Of a stretch of DNA of 64,000 nucleotides, positions 30,661-43,401 are shown in pieces. The stretch spans positions 6,540,201-6,604,200 of the forward strand of contig NC_092679.1 in assembly GCF_964355755.1 (NCBI RefSeq), in the 5' to 3' direction. The DNA comes from Antedon mediterranea. Lineage: Eukaryota > Animalia > Echinodermata. How positions within the stretch are numbered: position 1 is the stretch's first letter; each line of letters opens with the position of its first letter. The notes under the pieces are model-generated. The model did not search any database, was not told the DNA's origin, and saw only the letters and a list, made by a program, of their open reading frames with translations. The position numbers and the translations under genes were made by a program.

Positions 30661-32473
30661 TTGAAATCAAATTTTCGTTTTTCATGAAGGTGAAAAATAA
30701 ACGTTGAAACTTACCAACGTTTCGTGCGTTAGCATCGCACTTTCTCAAGGTAGTGGTGTCAGCTTGGTTTGCCGACACTGATCATGGCATAGTCACGTGA
30801 TGTTGTTGTGACATGCGCCCTCTCTGAGTTATTTCTTGAAAACCTCTGGGTAAATCCCAGAGGGGTCCGCCACGGCCGGCCGTCTCACTTCTAACAGGTC
30901 ATCATATATGTGTGGCAGCCACTTTCCTCCTTGGTCTCTGTTCATGTTGTTCTCAGTTTTTCTAATTGAAATTGCTTCTTGCCATCCTCTCTTGTTGATG
31001 TTTCCCTCTTTCTTCAACACTTTCGCCTCCCAATTAGGTGTATGGTTTTCCTTTATAGCATGGTCTGTAATTGCAGATTTATGTGTAATGTTTGATTGTG
31101 ACATTCTGCTTGACCTTGTCATGACTCCTTTCGTGTGATCTTCTACATCTTTTTTATGTTCTTTTATTCTGTTTCCCAGTTTTCTACCAGTTTCTCCTAT
31201 GTATATTAAGTTGCAATTCATACAGGGTACACCATACACTACTCCACTTGTGTCCTCCGGCTTAATCTTATCTTTTGGGTGTACTATATGCGATCTCAAT
31301 TTGTTTTGGGGTACAAAGAGTTAATTTTGTGGTTAGTGAGCGTTCTACGTATCTTTTCGGATATCCCTTTCACATAGGGTAAAGCTACGCTGCCACGCAT
31401 GTCTTGTTTGTTTTCTCCTTTTTTCTGACTATTCTTTTCTTTTTTATTGTGTATCACTCTATTGATGGCCCAATTTGGGTATTCACATATATTAAGTACC
31501 TTTCGAATGTGCTTCATCTCTTCTCTTTTGCTCTGCTGTGTTGTTACAATGTTTTGGCATCTGTCCACTAGTGTGTTGATGACGCTCAGCTTGTGCTCAA
31601 GAGGATGATTTGATTTGAAGTTTAAGTATTGGTCAGTATGTGTGGGTTTCCTGTAAATCGAAGTTTCTATAGTACCGTCAGTTTTTAGGGTGATGAGGCA
31701 GTCCAAGAACGGAAGAGTGTTGTCGGTCATTCTTTTTGTAGTGAACTTGATACTTTTAGTTGGGTCTATGGTGTTAAGATGTTTAAGATCTTCTATAGAT
31801 TCCTTTTCGACCACAGCTAATACATCATCTACATACCTTCGCCAATAAGTGGGTCTGATGTTGTCATTTGCCCTGCTTATGGCCTCAGTCTCCAACCATT
31901 CTAAAAACAGGTTCGCAACGATTGGGCTAATTGGACTTCCCATAGCTATGCCAGATTTTTGCCTGTATATGATGTTTCCAAAACTGAAGTATGCGGTGTT
32001 CACGACCAGAGACAACAGTTCCATAACATCTTCTACTTTCAGTTTTGTACGGTTTTGTAGCGTTTGGTCAGCCCTCAAGCATTCATGTATTATTTCCAGT
32101 GATTTTTCCGTAGGGGTCTTTGTAAACAAAGATACTACATCAAATGAAACAAAGGTATGGTTAGGTGACACATGAAGATCTTTTAGTTCGGTGGCTAGTT
32201 CTTTTGAGTTGTTTATTGAGTGTGTGGCGTTGCCAACCATTGGTTTTAGAATATCTCTTAGAAATTTGGACACCTCATAGTAAATGGAGTCTATACCGTC
32301 TACGATTGGCCTTGGCCAGTGTCGGCAAACCAAGCTGACACCACTACCTTGAGAAAGTGCGATGCTAACGCACGAAACGTTGGTAAGTTTTAACGTTTAT
32401 TTTTCACCTTCATGAAAAACGAAAATTTGATTTCAAAAACATTTTGGGAAGGAGATGAATTTTTTCAATTTTA
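30661..32473 (-). mobile_element. 5'-truncated Penelope-like retroelement with inverted pLTRs
   Basis: 120-bp inverted repeat 30661-30780 / 32317-32436; 12-bp direct repeat TACGATTAATTA at 30649-30660 and 32474-32485; RT plus GIY-YIG coding sequence inside. Confidence 0.92.
30829..32310 (-). pseudogene. Penelope RT (31296-32310) and GIY-YIG endonuclease (30829-31299), split by a frameshift/deletion
   Basis: SFDVVSLFT, GIAMGSPISP, RYVDD, LPFLD, YRKPTHTDQYL; HPKDK..GVVYGVPCMNC..YIGETGR..RIKEH..SAITDH..E..I..MNRDQG. Confidence 0.92.
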
Positions 32474-32914
32474 TACGATTAATTAGCAAGCTCGATACAA
32501 ATATGATCATCATATGCCCTACAAAATTTATTTATTCAAATATGCAAGACTACAAATAGGTATGTACATTTTTATATATTTTTTTACCACAACAATACAA
32601 TATGAAATGTTTGTAATTGTAATGTAATTAATATTTAGAGCCTTTTTTATAAGGCTGTGTGGACATTTTTGTTTAAAAAAGATATTCAAAATTTCATCAA
32701 TTAACAATTTTTTTAAATACAATTTAAATTGTACTGTATTCAAATTATTTACACTATATAAAAATAAAGGTTGATTAAAAAATTTAAAATATTTTCCACC
32801 AGGGACTGATTTTCCACTACACATCTTTTAGTAACCATGGCAAGAATGGCTTTATTGTTTGGTGAGGTGTAAGAGCAGAAGATGGAATGGCATCCTGATT
32901 CCAGATGGCTTCAC

Positions 32915-34542
32915 TCAGGCTTTCAGAAGATCTGCAAATCTTTCTACAGCTAGGACTGCTTTATTGTTCATAACCGGTGAGGAGTAGGAGCAAATGATGC
33001 AACCAGTTGGAATTCTACAGATGATAAGTCCAGCATCACTGCTCTTGGCATACAGGCTATCAACAACAAATAAGAGGGTTTAGTGTTGTTCTATTTATGT
33101 ATTTACCACAATGAACAAGAAGGACTTCTTACTGCTACTGTATTGGCATTTGATCTTAACTTCAGCAATGTGCAACAATCCTATCAATATCATCTATTTC
33201 ATATAGGTTTATCAGAAGATCAAGAACTTGAGCACGGTCGCTCGATCAGGCCCATTTAAAATTGATCAGACTCATAAAGATGATCTTATCTTCTTTATTA
33301 TACACTTTACATAACTAAACTCCCACAAATAAGCTTTTCTTTTCTATTAAAAATATGACATGGTTAGTATTCCAGCACCGGAACTCAACTGCCCGTTGTA
33401 GCGAGATTTTAAACCTAAACAAAAACATCCCTCTAGGCAATGGTGGGTAAAGACGATGGTCAATACAATTTTTTTCATTTAAAACAAAAATTTACAAAAT
33501 TGATTGAGAATTTAACCTACTAAACCCACTAGAAGACCCCTAGCCGCAGAGTACCACACCATTAAGCCAGCCAACCAGTCGGAAAAATTGGTGTGAAACT
33601 TTGTATATGAGGTTATAAAAATGTGCATGCATGAGCGATTTTTAATTGACCATTCAATTGCGTTGATTCTGCTGGTATCCTAACCACTTTCTTAAAAATA
33701 TTTTTGCAGAAGTGAATCCAAAACAACACTGTACCTATTAAGTGTCTTATTGTAAATATAAAACTTAGTTTTATCACTTCTGCTGTTTATTGCTAGCTCT
33801 ATTGTATCACATTGTACTGCCTGCTGCCCAGAATTACACACATCTTGAAGGCTCTTCCATTCAGACTTAAAAAGAAATATATAAATGTTAAAATATATTG
33901 CAATATTTTAGTTAAAGCTTGGTTCCCACTGATAAACCTGAAATGTTGCTTGTGCATTGAATCTAAAGTGCAAACCAAGTTTAAACTGGTATATAAATTA
34001 TAAAATATTAATTGAAAAATATTGTACTGTAAATTGATTATTTATGTGATTAAAAAAATAAAGCCATTTCTGGCTATATTATTTAATTAAATTGACATAC
34101 TGTAGTTCTATGAGCATAGAGATATAATAAATATTAAATAAAATAATATTTAATAAAATCACCTTTTCAATGTTTTCTAGCTTTCCTTGTGAATACAGTT
34201 TACATCCTCGTTTGGACAGCAAACAAACTCCATCTACTAAACCAGTTTTAAGTAGATTTTCTATATATGAAAAAACCACAATTTATTTTATTACAATAAA
34301 GCTTACGTAAAGAAACGTCCTGTCTGCCCTTTACAATCATCACCTAGCCTATCCTATCTGCCTCCTCTCTGCTAGCCTACTACTAGTACTAGGCCTAGCT
34401 ACCTAAATGAATGACTCGAAAACAACTAGGCCTAGGCCTAGGCCTACTGTATAATTATGTTATTTCAAACTAAATAGATCACGCTATGTAAACAAATACC
34501 TGTGAGAAAAGATTCCCAAGAACTACATGCTTTTTCACTCAT
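32915..34542 (-). CDS. Divergent profilin-family protein (profilin-4-like)
   Basis: Exons 34542-34500, 34260-34163, 33865-33735, 33056-32915 join in frame: MSEKACSSWESFLTENLLKTGLVDGVCLLSKRG...SLYAKSSDAGLIICRIPTGCIICSY..PVMNNKAVLAVERFADLLKA*, a profilin-fold pattern. Confidence 0.8.
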
Positions 34543-34892
34543 TTAGCTCTTTTGAAGAGGTACGTGAAAACTACAAACTTAAAACTTTTGTTTTTAATAT
34601 TTTTGTTTTGAAATAAATCATTGGGCATGTGCTAAAAATAGAAACTAATTGAATGGCTTTAAATTCGTTCTGGGCCGCATATATTAATGTGTGTAGCGCA
34701 TGTGTACGTCGTACGTATAAAAATAATCAATTATTTCGTGCTATCGATTACGCTATTAAGCGCATTTCTTTTACTAAAAATTGTAGTAAATAGTAATATG
34801 TCAGTTAATACAGTTCAACTTTTTCATATTCTATTTCTATTAATTAAAGTATTCATCAGAGAGAGAGTTTATTGATATACCGCCCTCAGGAG

Positions 34893-34906
34893 GTTGCTAT
34901 GATAAA
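34893..34906 (+). promoter_or_regulatory. X-box (RFX)-like motif in the profilin/PPP1R36 divergent promoter
   Basis: GTTGCTATGATAAA about 70 bp upstream of the PPP1R36 ATG. Confidence 0.4.
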
Positions 34907-34971
34907 TAGAGAAAGCGGAGTCAAATTTCAGTCACAATTTTGAACGGTATAGGCCTAGCCTAGGCCTAACT

Positions 34972-37900
34972 ATGGCAAAACAAGAGGTTGTAAGCGTAAG
35001 TTTTCAAATGCATTTATACAGAAAGTAAAAAAACTAATGTATATTATATATATGTCTATCTCATTGAATTGAATTACTTGTTTTACTACTAAAACTACAA
35101 TTTAAAGTTCGGTCGCATCCGCGATACGGCGAAAATAAAAATTAGAACGCCTCTTTTCAGAGAGACAGAGAGTCTCTCACTTATCAGATACACTGAAAGG
35201 CCAGTTTTTGAACATTTCCTAATATTAAATTAAAGATTTTTTCCTTTTTCCTCCCATTAGACTCCGTCTCCTAGCAAAGGCCATTGGTACTGGAAAGACG
35301 AAACACAGACGCTGGAATTCCAAGCAAAGTATGCTCATGATGTTTAGAAATCCAATTAATTTAACAATGGTTTCGTGGTGTAGTGGTTATCACGTCTGCT
35401 TTACACGCAGAAGGTCCCCGGTTCGAACCCGGGCGGAACCTACTTTTTTTTTATTATAATTAATAGAACTCAAAATCCAGTAAATTTATTTAATTCAATT
35501 TTAAACATTTTTCACAATTTTTGCTTTCTTTTTTTTATATGGAAAATAAACTTTTAAATTTAAGCAGTCCCAATTTTGTTAAAGGTTTTTTTTAAACAAT
35601 TGCGTATCATAACCATTTCATTTTTTAAGCATTTTCTTCATTCTCATCCCAGCATAACTCATATCAATGAAAAGGATAGAAAAAACAGGCGATCAAAAAA
35701 TATTACATTCGCTGATGCAGGAAAGAGAGACAGGTATTTTGATATATATTTTTTATGTTTCTTTTTTATCTAATTATTTAGTAATTATTATTTTCTATAT
35801 TAAAATAAATAGAAGAATACTTTATGATAATAAGCCCAAAATAAATGAAAAATGAAGTATAATAAAATCAGACTTTAAATAGACTATTTTGTAATTTTAA
35901 TTGGTTATTCACTTATGTAAAAAAAAAAAAATTATTTCACTTATAAAAAGATTTAAAAAAAGAAGTCAGAGTGAACTATTAGGTGACACTGAAATGGCAT
36001 TTAAAAAAAAACAATTAGAAAAAAAAAATCTTTAGGGGACAATATTATCTAATTACTCAAAATTATTTAACCAGGAAAAAACTAAATTGAATTGGAATGA
36101 AAACTTTTCCCTCAATTAATAATGCATTTTCTTTTGAATACATTAGAGCTACACCAGTCAAGATGGAGAAAGGTCAGGGAGCTGGGGGAAGAGGTCATCG
36201 GGGACTGACTAATAAATCAAATATGAAGGGAGCAACCAAGGAAACTACTGTGACGCTTGAAAGAATAAAAGGTAAAAGTTCATTTATTATTTATGTGTGT
36301 TTTGTATTTTTTGTATTCACGAAAACAACATGACCAAACTAATATTTTATACTGTACATACTTTTAATGTCGATGTTATGGTTTTTTTGGACTGTGTTTT
36401 GTGAATTCTAAAGGTGATGTGTCCTAAAGTAAATACTGTAAATAAAGAATATAATATCTAACTTTAAATTGTCCATTTTGTAGTTTAAAAAAACCAAAAG
36501 TTCACTTATAATTCACAATAAATGATACGTCATGCTAAAGCAATCAGAATTTTTAACATAAATTTTATTCTTTTGTTTCTAATAGATGTTACACTCGCAA
36601 GTTTAAATGAAGTGAATTTTTCAACTGAGCTTTTTGAAATGAGTTTATTAAGGTAAGAATACATTTTAAATCATTAAATAAACACAATTTAAAAATGTAC
36701 TATATTGTCTCTTACGATTGTTTTTTATTTTATGCGCAACCAACAGCAAGCAACTCGCAAATTGCAGGATGGAAAAACTATTTTATAATGTATCATCATG
36801 CTTATAAACTAAAGTCCTATTTGAGACTTAGGGATTGGAGTTGAAAGAGTTGTGAGTTACAACCATGACACTCAGGATTGAACCCTGGACCCTAAGATTG
36901 GAAGGAAAGCATGTTAACCACACTCCAATATTTAATATTAAAATTAAAAATCAATGATTGTGTACTGTATCTGAATGTTTCATACAAATTTGTCTTTTAG
37001 TCTTGAACAATTTGATGTGTTTTTACTTGGCCTTCTCAACTATTTTGCATCGTTCTTTGATAAGATTGCTCTTGAGAATAAACCAAAACCTATGACCACG
37101 TAAGTAAGCAAGACATTAGTTGGTGCAGTTTGTTGTTTAAAGAACCTAGTACATCTTCCCAGACGAGTAAGGGGTGACCCCGGTGTACTAGTACACACAC
37201 AGCCACTGGCACTCACAGCCATTCATCATAACTGGGTCCTCTGGAAGGCCAGTCATTGTCATTGAAGAGGTTACTGACCCAGTATAAATAAATAATAATA
37301 AAAGAAAAACGTTTTTCTATTTAAATTTAGTGAACCTAGCCAAAAGGAAAAGAAAGAAATGGCAAGCATAATTGGTAGGATGGATGCTACTCAGAAAGGC
37401 CTAGCACAGAGCTATTGTGTTCTTGTCTTAGGCCTAGGATTGCAATCTCACCATCACATGGCCTGTGGAGGGTAAGACATTTATATAACAAAATAATTTA
37501 GCAATGATAAATTGCTTTAATTTACTAATCAGAAAACATATCTAATAATTGAATCAAGCTATTAAACCTATAACAACTTTGATTGAATGTTTTAGCTTTT
37601 ACATCTTTTCAAATGTATTTATCACTTTTGTTTCTCAGAAGTCGAGTGTCATCAACTTACAGAGATAGATTAATGTATGAGTCATTGTATAAGTTTTGTG
37701 TCTATGTTGTTTGGATTGCATTTAGAAGGAGAGACTATGATGTTATTCATAAAGAAGTTGGAAGGTAAATTTCTCCAGTAAAAGAAAGACGAATGATTTT
37801 TCGTTTTGCGACAACAAGACTCTCCCTTAGCAGAAATGGTCCACAGGCCTGTCAAGAGTGTCAGCCCATAAAACACACAATTGTAATTTGATTATATTAA

Positions 37901-40304
37901 CTACCCATCAAATATAACCCAAGGGTACAATTAGGTCATTTACAACAAGGTCACCTGGACAGCTCATGAAAATTCCTACATGGTTTTCAGCAATTTCTGT
38001 AGTAAAGTGTCTGTCGCACTCCAGCTGGCCTCTCATGTGTGTCAAGATAAACAATCAGAACTGGTAAATTGTTTAAAACAGACCAAGATTTATTACCCGG
38101 ATTTTTTAAAAAACCCGGGTGAAATGGACTGATTCTGCTAAGGGAGAGAAATGCCTAATGCATGCTATGACGTTGCTTGCAGGGAAGGTGGGATGTGCTT
38201 CCACGCTCTGTTAAACTACAAATACATTTTGGTGTCAACGACACATCATTGCGTAGGTTCTACTGTAGGTCGCGGCAAACCGAAAGCCCTCTACTAATGC
38301 TGTGGTGGTTGCAACTGTGTCATTCTGCTTACAATGTTTTTATGGTATATTGTTACTTACAGATTACTTAGATCAGATGTGTTCAACCCAGCACTACGTG
38401 TTAAGAACGCACCAGCAGAGGATGATTTAGTCGATACTGAGAAAAAATATCAAACAGAAATTGACTATGAGAAATGGAAGAGTGACTTTCTTGCACCAGC
38501 ACAACATAGAAAAACGAAACCGTGAGTTTTGTATGGGTGTTTAGTTTGTAAACCCAGTATAACTGAAGTTAAAATTACACCTTCTTATGTTACAATGAGA
38601 AGTTGAATCAGAATATTAGTATTTTAGAAATCATCTGTTATTATTATATTATTTCAATTATACAGTACTTTTATTTTATAGAAAACGCCCTGCCATCACT
38701 TCAATTATTAAGTAAGTACCGCAACATTAGGGAGGTTTTGCAACCTTACGAATACGATAACGAAAACGGATACGTCATACATTTATGAAACTTTTGAGCT
38801 GATCCCCATTTCATATTCGTAAAGCGTATTCGTGTTGACGAATATCACCAGTCATATTCGTAACTACAAAACGAGTATAGTTTTTGATCTATTTGCACAT
38901 TTTGCATTTGAATCAGGAATGATTCATGATTATAATATAATTATAGATTTATTGAAAGTAATTTACTATTAATTTACTAAAACGCCAAATCAATTTTGAT
39001 AAATAGCAGTTTTTAAAGTCCTCACTCGCTTTGATGTTACGCTAGGCCTAGGCAGCCAAGCACCAAGCAACTTCGCTCAAATTTACCGCAGTCATATTTT
39101 GGACGTGCCTCAATATTTCGTTGCCATGCGAAACAGATTTTTTTATGGCTTACGAAAACGAATACGTGTGCGTGACGTATCCGTTTTCGTTATCGTATTC
39201 GTAAGATTGCGAAACCTCTCTATTATTTTTAAATTACTAAGACCACAAATACAGTACCTGTACTCTTGTAACAAAAGTTTTTCACTGGTAATAAAGTTGT
39301 TCTTTTTTTGTTTTAGCCAAAGATCACCAATGTTAGTGTCTGTGTTACCAACTCCAAAGGAAGAGTCAAATTGGTTGTTCAACACTCACAAACCAAATCA
39401 TTCAGGGTAATTACAAATTCATCACCTACCTGGCTTAGTGAGCTTAAATTTTAATTTTTCTTTTACTGTAAATTAAATAAGATCTGGATTTCCCTTTAGA
39501 AATATGAATATTCATGAAGACAAGATTGCATTTGGTACAAAACTCTCTAAAAGGTAAGTTACTATGTTATTGATTTTGACTGTACTTTGAATGTTTTGTA
39601 ATAGCGTCATGCATTTGTTTTGTTCTGCTGAGGCCAGATGTTCAATTGTTTGTAATTTTCTGTTGTATTTGTATTATAGAGTTGGTATATTGGGAGAACC
39701 ATTAAGTGGATTCAACCAAAACACACTTGCAGCAGTTGGATCAGAACATGACGAAGAGCGAGAGGACATCGAGTCTAGGAGAGGGTAACTTAGATGCTTT
39801 AATTAAATCTATCACATTGAGACTGATGTAGGCCTATGTCATTATGTTCTTGTATGAGTCAGAACTTATCTATAGGGTTAATCAAACCAGCATTTAAAAT
39901 TATTTTTTTTAATAGGTCAATTTTTGGAAGTGCTCTTTCCAAGAATAGTACACCAGCACCACATGGTAAATAACCTTTCACTTTAGCACTGTTATTTAGT
40001 TAGAGGCCGGTTCAGATAAGTTGTGTTGCTAGCGGTATTATAATCTTTCACAATTGAAGCTAAACCCTAAAACAGCTGTGAATACTGCCACTACAATAGT
40101 TCTGTGATAATCAACATGATGATTGAGGGAAATCATAACGATGAAGATGATATAACATACTGGCTTTTATCATTTGTTATTCAATTTGTTAATTAACATT
40201 AGAACATTAATTAAAATGTGTTTTTTTTAACAGGTCTTAGTAGGCAGCTGACAGATGTATCACATGCTGTGACTGATGTGTTTTCTGATATGGAAGATGA
40301 CTAA
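34972..40304 (+). CDS. PPP1R36: Protein phosphatase 1 regulatory subunit 36
   Basis: About 13 exons. Motifs GHWYWKDETQTLEF, VTLERIKDV, FLLGLLNYF, LAQSYCVLVLGLG..HHHMACG, DRLMYESLYKFC..VVWIAFRR..I.KEVGRLLRSDVFN, QRSPMLVSVLPTPKE, VGILGEPL..FN..TL; stop TAA at 40302-40304. Confidence 0.9.
35369..35441 (+). tRNA. tRNA-Val(TAC), in a PPP1R36 intron
   Basis: Full cloverleaf, anticodon arm TCTGC-TTTACAC-GCAGA, B-box GGTTCGAACCC, downstream T-run terminator. Confidence 0.95.
37130..37302 (+). mobile_element. Nin/Deu-domain SINE, 3' fragment
   Basis: TTAAAGAACCTAGTACATCTT..GACGAGTAAGGGGTGACCCCGGTGT with (AAT)n tail; same family as 60345-60548. Confidence 0.65.
38729..39221. mobile_element. PHIS (Harbinger/Pangu-like) MITE with ~48-bp TIRs
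   Basis: AGGGAGGTTTTGCAACCTTACGAATACGATAACGAAAACGGATACGTCA inverted at the far end; 3-bp TSD ATT. Confidence 0.8.
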
Positions 40305-41099
40305 AATTATATGTCCTAGTTGGCTGTCCATACTCATTAGTATGGGGAGTGTACAGCTTTCCTCCAATCAACAATGCTCACCTCACTTAGTTGCTGTCCA
40401 TACTAAACTTATGAGCGCAAGCAAAATTGATGTGTTTGGGTTTAGTTTAGCAGCTTCCAGAAGTCGGATTATTTTTGTTAATTTTTTAGCCTACTACGGT
40501 TTGTTTAATTCACCAGTTTAGATTTTGTGGGTCAAACATGACTGGTCCTAATTTGTGTTTTTGTTTTTGTTTTTGGATGGGTTGTAAAATGTACTTATAC
40601 TATTATTTATTATTTTTTTATAATTATGGGTTTTTTAATTTAATTTTGCATTGATTGATTTATAAAAAGGTAATTCAAAATTGTGTGAAAATAGCTACTG
40701 ATCTGATTTATACTAAGTAAATTAATATAAGTGTAGAATGGTTTAATATTAATATGTTGAAATTAATATTTTAAGAAAATAATATAAATGAAATTTTTAT
40801 ATAATATTGTATATAATTTTGGAGGAAATTGTTTGTTTAATATTAATCTGTATATATTACATTTAATTACTGTACAATAAATTATTTTCACACAAGAAAC
40901 TATTGTGATATTGTACATACGGATCCCGTACATACTTACGGATTACGTTTTCTTGCGTTCCCTATTTGAAAAGAAAATTACATCTGAATATTTTTGATAA
41001 GAAAAAAAAACTTAGTGTGATACTTTCTGTCGACAGTTACTTTAAAATATATTCTAAATTTTAAAGTTTAAAAATAAGTATTTAAAATAAAAAGGAAGT

Positions 41100-41171
41100 T
41101 TCCCGTGCCGGGAATCGAACCCGGGCCGCGTGGGTGAAAACCACGAATCCTAACCACTAGACCACACGGGA
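41100..41171 (-). tRNA. tRNA-Glu(TTC)
   Basis: Reverse complement TCCCGTGTGGTCTAGTGGTTAGGATT-CGTGG-TTTTCAC-CCACG-CGGCCCGGGTTCGATTCCCGGCACGGGAA. Confidence 0.95.
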
Positions 41172-41569
41172 CTACTTGTTCGACATCGTGTTATATGCGT
41201 CACTGATCTAATCAATGATACGCTCAGGCAATGAGTAATTGTCTAGTTCGCTGATTGGTCAATTGTCTTTGTATTGACCCCATGGCAACGAAAAATGACA
41301 TATGTAAATTGCTGTTAAAGATCATGGAACATGGTATTTGATGTTTATGTAAAATAGTAGTATTATAGTTGTTCTCCTTGATGGATATTAAACAGACAAT
41401 AAATTAAAAGTTTTCAGGACATAATTAAAGTGTTTTCTGCTATTTCGCGCAACTGCTCTCAGTTCACGACTATTCGGGTTTTTTCGGCATTTTCCGGTAA
41501 CCTCTGATAGTGACGTCATAAGATGAAGAAACTTTTTCGCCCGCCTGAGCTGTACACTGTACAAACTAG

Positions 41570-42830
41570 GATGTCAACACGTATTGCGTATGATTTTGAC
41601 AGTTCTTCGTCAGAGGAATTAGAAGAGGAAACATTGATAGTGGAATGCAAAACTGAGGAGAATGAAGGAGAAACTATTTTGTTTAACAATCGAAATATTG
41701 AATGGAATGTCGATGAAATTAATTCGGCCGTACATGTACGAGCCCGATTGTAGTTCTGACGATTCTTCATCATCAGAAGATGGCGACGGTGACCTAGCTA
41801 GGCCTAGGCCTACCTACAATTCAAGCAGAGAATATTCAACTTCAAACCCAGTTATTAAATTGGTTAGTAGTACTATCTCTTTTATTAAAAATTAATGTAT
41901 AACTTTATTGTATAATTAACAATTCCCTAGTAGATAACTAAACTACGATATTCTTCCGTCATGCCAGTGTTTGTATTGTGGCTTAGTTAGGCCTACCCCT
42001 AGCCTAGATAGAGGCTAGGCCCTACTGTACTTTACTCCAATTCATGCGGCTAGCCCTCTCACCGGCGACGGTCGGCTATCGTCTATAAGCCTACGGCCGG
42101 CTATCGTCTATAAGCCTACGGCCTAGATTGAATTTTTTTAACAAAATAAAGATTAGGCTAAATTGAATCGTAGAAAGCAAAAATGTACATTACGGTATTA
42201 GACTGACCATTTTATTTAACAAATTTGCACTTTGTTGTTTGAAATAGGCCTAGGGTAGGCCTAGATAGATAGGCCCACCCCTAAGGCTAGCCAAGATGCA
42301 GATTTATTTTCCTATTTCACACACAATACATTAAATTAATCATTAATAATCACTAAAACTTTAAAAATATTTAATATAGCGCCCTATAAATTGTGACATC
42401 TCAGAATATTGTAGCGCTCTAGAGCGCTACAATATTATTATTACAAAATATTTTTGTTTTTATAATACAGGTGTGATTGTGGCCATTGCCAGATGCTACC
42501 CACGTATCGCGAATGTCGATGTTGCCAGGAAGTAGGCCCTATTATTTATTAATCATAGGCTGGAGGAAGGTCAGACAATTTACAATACGGAGAAGCCTAC
42601 ATATGCATCACTGAACATCCTGGATTCACTGCTGCCTGTTTGAATTTGCATGTGTTGGAAATTGCATGGCTGCATTACCGCCAACAGTATGACACACCTG
42701 TTGAAGCCTCAAAACATAAACGTCTGAGACATATTGCGTACCGGCAACTCGCCAGATGGTGTTGGGGGTTTTTGGGCCGAAACCTAAGGGTAGTCTTAGT
42801 AGTAGTATGGAAGATGATTTCCAGTTTGCT
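41570..42830 (+). pseudogene. KolX / P2X7 C-terminal (ballast, nanor-like) gene, frameshifted
   Basis: Exon 1 acidic with IRPYMYEP; exon 2 from 42471 WCDCGHCQMLPTYRECRCCQE..CITEHPGFTAACLN..VLEIAW..Y...RHIAYRQLARWCWGFLGRNLRVVL, with frameshifts. Confidence 0.85.
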
Positions 42831-43233
42831 GGATTTTTGGATTGAGTAAACATTTAGCACCAACTTGTATTGAGATTACAATTAACCACATACAATTATT
42901 TACTGTACTTCATAAAGGAAAGTATTGTACACTGTATCTGATAGAAATAAAATGATCAAATAGAAATAAAATATACATTTCTCTGACACAATTTATTAAA
43001 AAATTATGCACACAAGTGATTATTTTGTTTATAAAACTGTTGGCTCTGGATTGTGGCGCTGTATCCACATAAACAAATGGCTTTGAATCTTTCACTAAAA
43101 AAACGAAATAATGATTTATAATAAAAAGCATGATGGAATGTATCTCATTTCTTGGAGTATGTATTATACTTCTTATTTGAAGTTGATCAGTGGACCTTTT
43201 GGCTGCTGATTTATTTACTGCATAATTTTTGCC

Positions 43234-43401
43234 TTAGTTGTTCACATTTGGAAATCTTGTGAAGTGGTTGGCAATAGCGGTCTCTTTGTCGGGGCGTTCA
43301 AATCCTGAACAGAGTTGGGGTGGCGCATCAACAACATCAACATCTTCTGCTGTCCCTTCAACAATGCTCATTACCTCCAAGATGAGGTCATCCACATACC
43401 C
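43234..43401 (-). pseudogene. Terminal exon of the Kolobok transposase
   Basis: After an acceptor: YVDDLILEVM...APPQLCSGFERPDKETAIANHFTRF..*, the C-terminal pattern recalled from Kolobok transposases; no catalytic exons visible. Confidence 0.65.

Noticed and set aside
42471-42849. Host P2X7 receptor gene
   Set aside because: Only the ballast-like domain is present, frameshifted and enclosed by Kolobok TIRs; no P2X channel exons.
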